Positions 39,824 to 51,111 of a stretch of DNA of 64,000 nt are shown one piece after another; the first letter of the stretch is position 1; each line of letters opens with the position of its first letter. The position numbers and the translations under genes are program-made. The DNA is taken from positions 2,488,728 to 2,552,727 of the forward strand of contig ML992502.1 of assembly GCA_010093995.1 (NCBI GenBank), written 5' to 3'. The stretch comes from Elsinoe ampelina. Taxonomy: Eukaryota. The notes under the pieces were generated by a model. That model was not told the DNA's origin, made no database searches, and saw only the letters and a list, made by a program, of their open reading frames with translations.

Positions 39824-40308
39824 ATGTGCGGTGGCCAACCTGTGTATTGTCAATGCGGCCGCCTACTCCCAAAGGCATTTGAAGCCTGCCCAGGCTTCGG
39901 TATGAACCCCCTGTGCCCAGAACCGAAGAATGCAAGCGACCTTGAGGATTCCATGACACATCCAGGTTGCGAGAGAAACTTCTGTCGTGGTCCAGGGGGT
40001 GATGCCTTGGAAGAGGAGGACTTCGATGACTCGGGAGACGAGTTGGTCATCGACAGGCCGGTAGGAAGAGTGAGTACGACGGTACTGCTCAGGTGAGTCT
40101 GCTGTGAATTATGGCCTTGATCATGTGCTGACCGTCTGGTAGATGGAAGGCTTGGGCCGACGACCGTCATCAACGGTCCTCTCGAATGCGGCCCTCGACT
40201 ACCAGCCGACAAGCAGACCAAGCAACATCAGACCAGTCCAGCAATCGACCTGGAAGAGGTGGACCTGATCAGCAAGATCGGTATGCAGGTCGAAAGCCGC
40301 CGAGGTGA
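39824..40308 (+). CDS. Met-Cys cysteine-cluster protein C (C-terminus depends on intron choice)
   Basis: CACAATG context; MCGGQPVYCQC..C..C..CERNFC. Candidate donors GTGAGT at 40070 or 40093, acceptor at 40142, giving stops at 40268 or 40308. Confidence 0.65.
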
Positions 40309-40749
40309 GCTAGAGGTGCCGGTGAGGACGGCGAGGCTCACGCTGGGCTGGTCTGGGCTTTGGTTTGACGAGGTGGATTTGGCTGGGTCTGAGCAGAGTC
40401 ATTCCAGATTGAGGAGTCGGATTGAGGACAGGAGAAGTGGCTGAGGATGTGGCGTCGGAGTTTTCTGTACACAGCGCTGTGAGATCGCAATCATGAATTT
40501 CCCTTTGAGACTCCTTGATGACTCAAATGCCCGTGCAGACCGTGAAAGTGGCGATGAGTGACCTGCTGGTACCTCTCCATCTCCGCAGTGCTATCAGGCT
40601 AACCCAAGCATGTGACGTACGTCTGCAGAACGTGACGTGGAGCGGGAGAAGAGCTCTGCAGTGACGGGCAGGTGAGGGCTATCCCCAGAGTGCGCCCACG
40701 TCTGCAAGACCAGGGGTTGAATGAGTAGGTCGTGGCACTGCATCAGCTG

Positions 40750-40779
40750 TGGTAGTTTTGACCCTGGGTAGAACTACCA
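40750..40779. repeat. TGGTAG-N18-CTACCA dyad (8-bp arms TGGTAGTT/AACTACCA)
   Basis: Read directly; intergenic between gene C and the GH127/146 gene. Confidence 0.75.
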
Positions 40780-41602
40780 GAAAGAGCATGCAGCATCTAA
40801 AACTCCTCGAAGGCGTAGAACGATACCTAATGCATAAGTTTTAGCCTCCGAGTGATATCTATAGCCTCAGTACGACAAGCTATCATATTCGAGGTCGTCG
40901 TCAAGTAAAAATCCGAGATTTTGGCAGTTCTGCGCTGCCATGCCCGCTCACTCTTGCACGCCACTGTAGGTGAAGCCTGTGGGAGACCAATTAGGTCAGC
41001 TCCGATTGAGGCTAGTCTATCACAAATGATCATGATCCGAAAGCCCAAAAAATGTACTGATGTAGTTGTGTACCTTGCAGAAACAAAATGCAGGATCGTC
41101 ATCCGGGGTCCTCCATGTTCCGGTGGGGATGTAGATTGATCGACAGCAAGCGAGTACGGAATCGCGGACCAGGGGAAGAGGACGGGTCGATGCTTTCACG
41201 AGAGTCACTGCCGCGATCTTCATGTTGATGATTATGGATAGTAGATATGCAACACGCCATGTAGTGCATCGAAAACCGACACCTGCTTGACAAAATACTA
41301 CCAGAAACAGGGCCTATGACCTGTATATCCGGCTGAGCCAGCAATAGCTGATAGTACCTTCTTCTATACTACCAGGTCTGGGAGCCATACTATCTGTATA
41401 GCTGAGGATATGCTACAAGTCCTGCTAGTTTCAGAGATGCGTACCCCTCAATCTGTCCTGAGCATGATAGCTGGTCATTTGCCATAATAGCATGTCCCAG
41501 TCATTCTGCCTCATCCGACTATCTGATTGACCACTCACTGACTGACGCAATCCTACCCGACCACTATCTATATTTCTTCTCGATTTACCATGCGATCTTC
41601 CT

Positions 41603-43474
41603 TCATGTCGGCAGACTCCCACTAGTTCTCCAATACACATTGTAGTTGACCTCTGAAGCATCGTAAAAGGGACTAAGTTTGACCTGCTGCCCGGCCGACG
41701 TGGCGGTAAAGTCAAGAGTACCATTGGATCTCTTGATGGAACCAAGCTCAATATCCGGCACAACGGTGAGTCGGGTGTTTCCGTAGTCGCCGGACAGGAT
41801 CACGGGACCGTAAGCCACGGCCGCCATGCCTTGGTCATCATTGGCGGCGATCGTACGCAGTGCAAGAGGGATGCGGATCTGAACGGTGTCTCCAGTCGCC
41901 CAATCACGCTCGATACGAGCATACCTGCCAGATATGATGGTAAGACCTTCGACAGGTTGGCCGTTGACGGTGATTTCAGCGCCAGTCGTCCAGGCTGGGA
42001 TGCGGACACTGATGGCAAAGGTGCCGGAGCCATCCACACGCAGACTTGATGTGTCTGCAGCTGGGTAGTTGGTGGTCTGCGTGATGGTCACATCTTTCTG
42101 AGTCCAACGAAGTGTCGACGGAGCAAAGAGATTGACGAAGAGTGTCGAATCATCGCGGTAGTAGATAGAGTCGAACAGCTTGGTGTTTGTCTCCACACCA
42201 GTGCCTTGACAGCACCAGAAGGAATTGTAATCTGTGCTCCATGTGCCTCCTCCCCAAGCTGGACCTACTCCACGACGTCCACCAGGAATCAACGGTGTGA
42301 AGTAGGTAACATGGCCATGGTCGCTGTGCTTGTGCTGTTGACCGACCAAGTGGTTGATCAAGGCGTTTTCGTAGAAGTCAAAGTATGATGAGCTGGTAGG
42401 ATCAATACTGAACAATTCACGAGTGAGCTTCAGCATGTTGTATGTGTTACATGCTTCAGCAGTGTCGTTGGTGAGATATCCAGCGATGGCGTTGGGCGGG
42501 CGGAAGTGCTCTGCCTGGCTGTTGCCACCGATGGCGTAGGTGTGGGCCTCTACGGTGAAACGCCAGCCATTCCGAGCGATGTCGAGATATCTCTGCTCGC
42601 CAGTAGCCTTGTACTCGCGTGCAGCACCTATCCACTTCGGGACCTGAGTGTTTGCGTGAAGACCATTGAGTCGATCAGTATTGGCGGCGAGTGGGTCGAA
42701 TACCGCGGCGTGATCGAAGCGTTGAGCGGCAACCAAGTACTTCCGGTCTCCAGTCTGGTAGTATACATCTGCCAAGACCTCGTTCATGCCACCAAACTCT
42801 GTGGCCATCTGAGCTTGCATTTGAGCATAAGTCAGTCTCGAGGTCCGGAAATTGACCCAATCGGACAGCTTGACCAAAACATCTCGGGCTGTGGTGTCAC
42901 CAATGTTGCGCCAGACGTCGAGCAGACCTGCCATAGTTTTGTGAACGGCATAGTATGGCACGTTGCCGTTACCAAGGGTTCTGGCTTCCAGCTTGTCGAA
43001 TTCCGATTCCGGAAAGCCGGAGAGGTATCCGGCATTGTAGCCAGCAGCCGCGTTATTATCTTGTGCCTTTGCAAGCTCTTGCACAAAAGACACGGCTCGG
43101 TCGCGACACACAGTGTCTCGCAATTGGGCATAGCACTGAGCCCAAGCTGTCAGGAAGTGGCCCTGGGAGTGTGTGCGGAAAGGGAAGTCAGGTGCTTCCC
43201 AGCCTCCTAATGGTTGCGCGCCGTTTGTGGATAGCTTGTGGTTCATGCGGAAGTTGTATACCAGCCGATCGAGTGATATCCATTTGAGGTAGGTAAGGGT
43301 TCGATCCTGGTTGTCGAGCCATCTTCCAGTGCCTAGAGTAACTTGACTTAGGCCGAAAGGCCATGCGGAGACGCCACTCTCAGGTGCTGCTGGCGGGACT
43401 TGGGCATTCGCAGATTGCCAGGGTATTAGAAATGCGGCAAGGCAAATCTTTGCCAGCTGAGTATCGAGCAACAT
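41603..43474 (-). CDS. Secreted beta-L-arabinofuranosidase-like glycoside hydrolase (GH127/GH146, DUF1680), intronless
   Basis: Signal peptide MLLDTQLAKICLAAFLIPWQSANA; motifs GGWE, GHFLTAWAQ, EFGGMNE, HANTQVPK, EACNTYN and FWCCQGTG. Confidence 0.9.
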   Translation of the reverse strand: MLLDTQLAKICLAAFLIPWQSANAQVPPAAPESGVSAWPFGLSQVTLGTGRWLDNQDRTLTYLKWISLDRLVYNFRMNHKLSTNGAQPLGGWEAPDFPFRTHSQGHFLTAWAQCYAQLRDTVCRDRAVSFVQELAKAQDNNAAAGYNAGYLSGFPESEFDKLEARTLGNGNVPYYAVHKTMAGLLDVWRNIGDTTARDVLVKLSDWVNFRTSRLTYAQMQAQMATEFGGMNEVLADVYYQTGDRKYLVAAQRFDHAAVFDPLAANTDRLNGLHANTQVPKWIGAAREYKATGEQRYLDIARNGWRFTVEAHTYAIGGNSQAEHFRPPNAIAGYLTNDTAEACNTYNMLKLTRELFSIDPTSSSYFDFYENALINHLVGQQHKHSDHGHVTYFTPLIPGGRRGVGPAWGGGTWSTDYNSFWCCQGTGVETNTKLFDSIYYRDDSTLFVNLFAPSTLRWTQKDVTITQTTNYPAADTSSLRVDGSGTFAISVRIPAWTTGAEITVNGQPVEGLTIISGRYARIERDWATGDTVQIRIPLALRTIAANDDQGMAAVAYGPVILSGDYGNTRLTVVPDIELGSIKRSNGTLDFTATSAGQQVKLSPFYDASEVNYNVYWRTSGSLPT

Positions 43475-44044
43475 GTTTGATGGAAGGAAAGATGAAGTGG
43501 AGGTGTTGTAATCTACGGAACCATACCTACTGCGGAGCATTTTATGTGGACGACCAGCACCTGGGAGAAGACGTAGCATATTGCCACCCACCGGAGCACC
43601 AAGCAGACAAAGATAGACGGAGGGCACTTGTTGACACGCGGTCAATGCTAGCGCTGTCTGAAGAGGCAGGAAGAGGGAAGGTCAAGTCGAGAGTCACAAT
43701 TTTGCCTCTGAAAACTGCGGAGAAGCGGAATGCGGGGGCTCTCTTGGCACGGCCTTGCCGCGGAAATGTGACACGTGACCGGCCTGCGAATTCTGCCTGC
43801 CGCGCTGCGCACTCCTCGCTTTCACTCAGTTACCAACTCCCTCGTTTTCGTTCTCGTCTCTCCTCGAAGTAGGAGATATCAGGCGGCCAATACACACCCG
43901 AGATCACCGGGTGTCCTGATCTCTATCAAGTCCTGCTGCCGATTCGGACGCCGATGCCGATGGCGAAGACGAACAAGACAGTCACCGAGATTTTTAGGTC
44001 GTCAATCACACCTCGGAAAGGCAAGAATTGGAGGACTGCTTCAG

Positions 44045-44171
44045 CATCTGGTAGGGATGTTAGTGCAAACACTACCAGATGTAAGTGGCAACTCTCAAAG
44101 TCTGCTATTCGTACTTAAATGCTAGGTTCTAGTAGTGGTTCTGGTAGTAATTGCACGATAAATCCTACCAG
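44045..44171. repeat. Two tandem dyads: CATCTGGTAG-N17-CTACCAGATG (44045-44081) and CTGGTAG-N17-CTACCAG (44141-44171)
   Basis: Read directly; in the divergent region between the GH127/146 gene and gene D. Confidence 0.8.
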
Positions 44172-44997
44172 GACTGGCGTTCCTCAGAAACTGAGTACAT
44201 TTGGAGGTGTGACTGACGACTTAGAAATCTCGGTACGAGGACCTTTTGGACTACTCAACAGGTACCGCCGTGGATTCGCATTACATACACACTGCTTCCT
44301 CTGCTGGTCCGCGACTTCCAAGGCTCTGCAGGAACCCGCTGAGAGTGTCGTCCTCTGGCCTCGAGGCTCAACTGGCACTGAAATGTCTCAGTAATGGTGC
44401 AGATTGGGCCGAATCACAGCATATTCTGGTAGCACATGCGCAGCCGATCAATCCGCTCGGGTCATACGACTATCGAATGCTGCGTCTTGAGGCGGACTCG
44501 CTGGTACCACTCCAACCTCCGTGCGTTGTGATGGACGACAGACGCCTCACAGACACACATGTGCAAGAAGTGGAGACAGTACAATTATCAAACAGTCTCT
44601 GACCTGTCGCACAGTGTCTACAATGATTCCCGTTGGCAAGTCCGCACGGTACAAGGCGGGAAGGTATCTCGAGCAGGTTTGCACAGATTAATTGTGCTAC
44701 AGACTAACATCTTCACTTTTTTCCGTGTGCAGCTGATTGGATGTCAGCGGTCGCCAAACTTCTTGTGCAGTCTCAGGGGTAGATTGCAAAACTCGACTCT
44801 CGGGTATCTGCATACGATGACATGTCCTTGCGAGGTGTACAATGGTAGCTCTTTGAGTAGCCCAGGATGCCATAAAGAGCAGGGCTGCTTGTTCTCGTTC
44901 ATCTACATTTTCCTAACTTTCAGCATTCTTGAACCCCTTCCCACTTCTATTCACCCATCTTCCCAACTCAACCTCATATTCCTTATCCTGTATCACG

Positions 44998-46236
44998 ATG
45001 TGTATCTCAAGAACATACATTTGTCGTTGCAGAGACTACAGGGAGAAGTTCACACGGGAATGCCCTCTGCGAAGGGATGGCCGGTGCAGCCAGGAGATCA
45101 ACGCACCGATGATGCAGACTTCCTGGTGTCCCCACTGTGTGGCCATCAGAAATATGCAGGCGTCGGGCAAGATGCGTTCGCAGCGCCAGTTGGCAGCACC
45201 GTGGGAAGAATGGAGGGCGGATTGCTCAGAGCATCTCGCGCCGCTGAACTTTCCAACCTGGCCGAGTGCCATGGTCCCTGGAAGTTCACAGTACGATCGA
45301 GTCTTGCCTGACTCGAGGCAAGAGCCACTCGTCCTCTTTTCCTCCATTCCAGAAGGCGAGGTCATCCCGCCGCTGAAGAAGATGGAGGATTGCAGAAAGC
45401 GATCAAGGGACGACTCACCAAAGCAGACAGCCGCCGTACCACTGCCACCTCCGAAGCGGATCTGCCCCAGCTCAAGGGCGGTGGGTTCTGGTTCGAACGG
45501 CAGAGTCGTTCCTCTCGGCCATACAAGCAGGCCAATCCCAAACCTACGACGTTCGACTCAGCCGCCAGTAGTAGTAAGTGCATTCAGTCTCGACAACTTG
45601 GCAGCTTGCTAATTAGCACAGCCTTCGTCAAGTATCGCTGCGCCCCAACGTTTCCCAACAAAGGTAGCCTCTTCCACTGCCTCATCTGCGTCACCAAGAC
45701 CACCGAGGGCACAAAGCCACGCTTCCACCTCGTCCGGGACTTTTGATCTGTTCCGGATTGCTCCACGTCCGGCGCATTTGCCAGATCAGCCAATCCGACA
45801 GGTCTCTCCCTCATCTCCGAGGGCTCCTATGGCGGTCATGGTTGCGGCGTCCGAGGAGCCTGCTCCTGTCAAACCGGTGCGGATCTCCTGTGACAGCTTC
45901 CTCTCGCAGCAACCAAGCGAGGAGTCTCTCACCTCGGGCACGGTGGCACCACTCGACGTCTTCAATCCATTCAGGGTTGCATGGATGAAGGTGCCCTCGC
46001 TGGCTCGCAAGCTGGAGGGGGAGATACTGGAAGAGGACGGGAGCGTGTGCTCGGACGGAACGCTGCTGGAGTCTGATTTGGAGGAGACTGGCCTTCGGAT
46101 AACCCTCAGGGAGTTCGGAGACTACCTTGATGTCTTCAACGACCTGTGGGCGCCGAAGTCGGGTCAGCTGTGGCGGGCACAGTGGGCGGCGGCAGATCGG
46201 CTACTGGAAGACAGGGTCGCGATAGAGATAGAATAA
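44998..46236 (+). CDS. Met-Cys cysteine-cluster protein D (about 396 aa, 2 exons)
   Basis: MCISRTYICRC..C..C..CPHC. Intron 45574-45621 joins the 45778 ORF in frame. Basic motifs RKRSR and PPPKR are possible NLSs. Confidence 0.72.
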
Positions 46237-47358
46237 CAATTTCACTACTTTGCTTCATCTCAAGTTGACAGAAGTGAAAAATGGTCATGTGATTTGGCAC
46301 TCGAGTCATGTGATGTCAGCCGATGAATTTCGCTAAATCGCAATTTGCCACTTCCATCCAACCCAACACCTGCGATCTCGATGGACATACCCGGCACTGC
46401 AATGCAACTTGCGCCGCCACGTTCACCACTATACTCACGTTTACTGCAGGTTCAGACATGTCGCGGACCCGTACAATTCCTCGCAGAACTTAGTACCATG
46501 CTGCCAGATCGTGCAGTCATTCTTCCTAAAACAAGGTGGGGACGCTCGAACGGAGACGTATCCTTCGTTCGTGATTAGGTGAATCTATCACGAGGTAGGT
46601 CCGACGTCATGGCACATCCGTGTGTAGACTGCAGTCTGAGGGTGTTTGCTGGTCCCGCGAAATAACTTGATCTTCTTAGAACTGTCAAGCTGCCACGTCA
46701 AATGGGTCCGGCTTCTCGCCTGTTCAAGCCTCCTGTGAATCATCTCGAAGCTCTGTACGGTTCGACTCGGCACTTTGTGGTCTCGACCGGGTTCCTGCTG
46801 GCTGCAGCTCCGACACGGCAATGAGAGAGTGGTAGCACAATAGTGGGATGTGCGCACAACATGACTCAGGTGCTGGAAAGAAGGAGTCGACGCCTCCGAG
46901 TATATCCCACCGCGGCACCCTGGTAGGACCATCGATCAGTGATACTACCAGCCTCCTGGCAAAGGCACAAGATCACGGCGTCCTGAAGAACGGGCTTGTA
47001 GCTACACATGACAACGCACGAGCCGAGTTCGAGACCACGAGAGCCCAATTTTTGCCCGGCCATGATGGCCAGCTCCCCTTAGATGGAACACTGACACAAT
47101 TGCTGAAGAAGGTGTGCCCGGTGTGTGCCTCCTGCATGATGGGTTTCACAGATTCGCTGGCAAGAAGGATTGTTCGGGCTGGCCTCAGTCCACCCTATCG
47201 TTTCGCGAATGCTTCACGACGAGGGAAGGCTCTTCATCCATCATGAGGGTATATAATCCCAGGTCATGGATGTTGATTCATTTTCAGAGCATGTCTATTC
47301 TTCCATACATTCATACCATCGAAGACTATTCAGCACCACGCAGGAGTCACAAAGAAAC

Positions 47359-48500
47359 ATGTGCGTCCTCGCCCCGTTTCTGTGCTCCTGCTCAACCCTC
47401 TACGAGTACCTCCTCGAGTGCTACCGAGGATTCGACAATCAGCTGAGCGAACACCTTCAGTTTCGCCAGCTGGAAGAAATCGCCCCATGCGCCATCTGTC
47501 AAGCAGTACTGGCAGGTAAGATCCGGCTAACCTGGTATGACAGCAGAATAGCAGAAGAGCGACTCGAATGGCACTTCCGTTGCAGAGCGACAGCCCAGCA
47601 CGGACCCTTGTCACAGCAACGACCCGATCTCCCTGAGACTTCTGTGGAGATCCGGAAGACGACAAGAGTCTTGTTGAAGTACGATGGACGAAGCAATGCT
47701 CCAGCGCTACCTCCCCTCATCGATCCCATGTGGGTACCCAGAGTGGTCGACTCTTTCAACGACCACGTGTGGAGCAAGGTAGAAGCCGCTGCGCAGGAGC
47801 AGGAGCTCATGTCGTCTTCTTCTCTGGTAAGTGCTCATCCCCAACTGATCAAATACCAAGCTGACCATTCACAGCTGCCCGATGCTGAGCTCGCTTCAAT
47901 GCTATTCAGCGACACCAGGTTACTGGAAGCGCACGTGGCGATTCAAGAAAGTACTGCAATCACCACAGCGACATCATCACGAGTACGGTTCTCTCCTCCT
48001 CCTCCCGTTCCACCCTCTGACGGTCCCAGTCCGACGAAACCTACCACACATACTTCGAAAGCCCCTTCGAGTTGTCCGCCCCGACCCCTGGCCCCTCCAC
48101 AACCCTCCCAACCCCCGCCCCCAGCTCCGCCCCAAACACCTACCTCCCCTCAAGCACCGACACATCCATTCTCTCCCAACACTGGCGAACCGGCATCTCC
48201 CACTCACAGCCCAAGCTCGGCCGACCATCATCAGCCCACGCATCGGCGCGCAAACGCGTCCGCTCCAGCCTCAAGAAGCGCGCCAAGCCCATCCCGCCAT
48301 ATCGACCCGGCGTGGAGGCCGAATCGGCGATCTTGTCGAAACATTTCGCGCTGATGTGCCCGGATCGAGTGAAGGATGTGTACCCGCTTGAGGAGATGTG
48401 GGAGGAGATGAGTGGGGTTGTGCAGGGGCAAGGGTCAGGGAGCAGGAGGGCTGCGAGGCAGGAGGATTTGGTAGTCGATCGAATTGAGATTAGTGATTGA
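47359..48500 (+). CDS. Met-Cys cysteine-cluster protein E (about 348 aa, 3 exons)
   Basis: MCVLAPFLCSC..C..H..CAIC. Introns 47827-47874 and 47983-48029 join the 48072 ORF in frame. RKRVRSSLKKRAK is a possible NLS. TATATAA at about 47250. Confidence 0.7.
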
Positions 48501-49840
48501 TGAGTTTCTCGGTGTTGGCATGTAGTGGTCCGTGAATTTGCCGTGTCTGAGGGTGCGCTAAGGGTCGGTAGTTGGGCATGCATGTTCGCGCTGTGGCGTT
48601 TCGGATGTCTGCATGGTGTGGGACGCCTGATGGGTTTTGATATCAAATCAAGAAATGGTTCTTGTGTAGCTTCGCATGCATTCCTTCGTTCGGTTCCATG
48701 ATGTTTGCTGGGGTGAGGGACCAGTTATTTGAAGACACGCTCGTACCGATATGAACCTCGCATGGATTGCATTCGGACGGCTCGTTATGAAAGTAATATC
48801 AAGTCTACTAGCTCGACGATGGATCGTCGCCGCGTGCCTGAAGGCTATTCGAGTGCTTCAGGCATGGGGGTCGAGCTGGTAGGAGTGCGTCATGACAACC
48901 TACTAGGGCGAGCTCAAAATATTCTCACCAGGCTTGCAACGAATCCTCCAAATTGACCAAGACATCACCCTTCAAGCAGTGGTAATCCTTCGAAGCTACA
49001 GCTTTCACGCTTACCCTCACGAAGACAGCGACTATCGACCACCGCAATGAACAGACCGGCGTGCGAGATTATAGATCATGAGGGCACGATCAAATCTATC
49101 AAGTACGATCTGGCGAAGACGAAGGCGGAAAAGCGGGCAGCAAGGATCACTTACTGCGCGCTCCGAAACATGCAAGGATCGCGAAAGGCATTACAGGAAG
49201 CATTGCCACGATGGCTATCCCCAGCTACCACAGTTAATGGATTCTCGAGAGGCGACATGTGAGGTGGTTCCAAAAGCGTCTGGAAGTTTCACACACTTCC
49301 GTCTTACTAGTGCTCAAGAAGACATACCCCACCAGCCTGGATGAAAATTGACCCTGTCACATCAGCCAGTGCTCGAAGATCAAGAAGATGCGGTTTCCGT
49401 CGGCTGGTCAGCCTACAGATACGTGATGTGGTTTTTTCGCTCCTGCATAAGGCAATGAGTCCCATTCTGTACAACTAAGCCATTTGGACGAGACCTTCTG
49501 CCCTGCAGTAGCTCGCTTGATTGATCTACGGTGATGAGTTGTCGTTACAAGAAGCTATGGAACGTGCAGCAAGCTCTTCGGAATGCTGCATGGTGGCTAC
49601 GATACTGCATGATGCAGTGCCCGTGACAGGTGCCAAAGTGACCAAGCATGGCGAGGAACAATCCAACATGTCATCGACTCTGGTGACCACTACCAGACGA
49701 GCACACACTTGCGAAAGACATAAAGACCGCGAAGAAACCACCAGAAATCAATCAAACCACCAGCATCCTTACCTTTCCCTCCTCGGATCTCACATTTTTG
49801 GTCCCTCCCCTCCCAAAACCACAAGCACCCACCACCAAAA

Positions 49841-50311
49841 ATGTGCCAAAAGATCCACCAATTCTACGCCTGCGCGCACACCCAAACGCGCATCAACGCC
49901 TGCGACCGCGTACTCCGAAGACGACGATGCCGCGCCCCTCCCAGCTCCCCTCTCTACATGGCGCCCCAAGAACAAGGCTGCCCGTCATGCCGCAACGATC
50001 CCTCGAGCACTTGGTACGACTTCAATGGACCGAACACGTTTCGCCCTGCTGGGCTGGGGCAGACGCCGCTTCAGCTGGACAGCAGGTCGGAGCGCTCGAG
50101 GGGCAATGGGCTGGGGCTGGGGTTGCTTGGGAGGGTGACGCGGCAGGTGAGGGGGTTGTACGAGCGGGTGAGAGGGCAGGGGCAGAGGCTGTCGCCGAGA
50201 CAGTCGAGGCAGAAACTGGGTGGGACGAGGGAGAGGGCGACGGGAGCTGGGAGGGAGATTGTCAGGCCGACGTTGGTGAGGAGGTGGACTTTTCCGTTTC
50301 GGGGTGGGTGA
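49841..50311 (+). CDS. Met-Cys cysteine-cluster protein F (156 aa)
   Basis: AAAAATG context; MCQKIHQFYACAH..C..C..CPSC; Arg-rich tail. Confidence 0.75.
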   Translation: MCQKIHQFYACAHTQTRINACDRVLRRRRCRAPPSSPLYMAPQEQGCPSCRNDPSSTWYDFNGPNTFRPAGLGQTPLQLDSRSERSRGNGLGLGLLGRVTRQVRGLYERVRGQGQRLSPRQSRQKLGGTRERATGAGREIVRPTLVRRWTFPFRGG

Positions 50312-51111
50312 TGGGGTTTGCTGGCAGGATGAGAGTAGATAGTGCTGGCGAGGTACCTATGTACCTTGCGAAATGAATTGATGCGTGAAACCACACTTGA
50401 ATTGTTTGACCTTGGCAGGCGAGCTGGCGAGGAGTGAGATCAACCAGTGATTTGTGAGAGATGTCCTGGTAGGTAAGTTCAAGCGCTACGTGAGATGCGC
50501 GGCTATTGGTAGCCGATGTATTACAAGCTACAGCGCTTGCCGGAGGCGCTAGTTCATGCTGCCGATGTGTCCTGGACGCCTAACTCGAGAACGACTTGTG
50601 CGGGAAGACACCTGGTGATCAAGACCATGTAGTGTAACCTTCGTATTCAGTCACACTTGATTGCTGATTTCCTTGGACGAGGGTTGTAGTCTGCTTGTTC
50701 TGGCGCATGTGGTTCTTGGCTGAGCTCGCTTTTGGCTCAGGCTCCTGTGATCTCCATGAGTGGAGTCGATTGCGACGGATTGGTAGCACGTCTACAAGCC
50801 GTGACAGGTGCAGAAGATCCTGGTAGTTTCTCCGTGTGGGAAGGCGGATTATCGAAGGCTATGCTGGTACCCGGGCGCATGATCGGGGCATGTTGCAGAA
50901 GATGGCAAACCATCGTATCCGACCAGGTATAAGAAGCAGCATAATCATCCACGAACACCGTGCCATCATCAGCAGCAGCATTCTTTCCAACTCTGACCAG
51001 ATTATCCAAGCAAGTAACGCTTACCATTCTTCACATCTTGATACTGACACATGACAAGCGTCATACCTTCGAGTACCTCCCTTCCTCCAAAGTCATCGAC
51101 CCTCGTCCACC

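Noticed and set aside
44559..47246. Other ORFs starting MC (44559 MCKKW, 46848 MCAQH; also 1025 MCPTW)
   Set aside because: They lack the C11/C21-22/CxxC spacing and are treated as chance ORFs.
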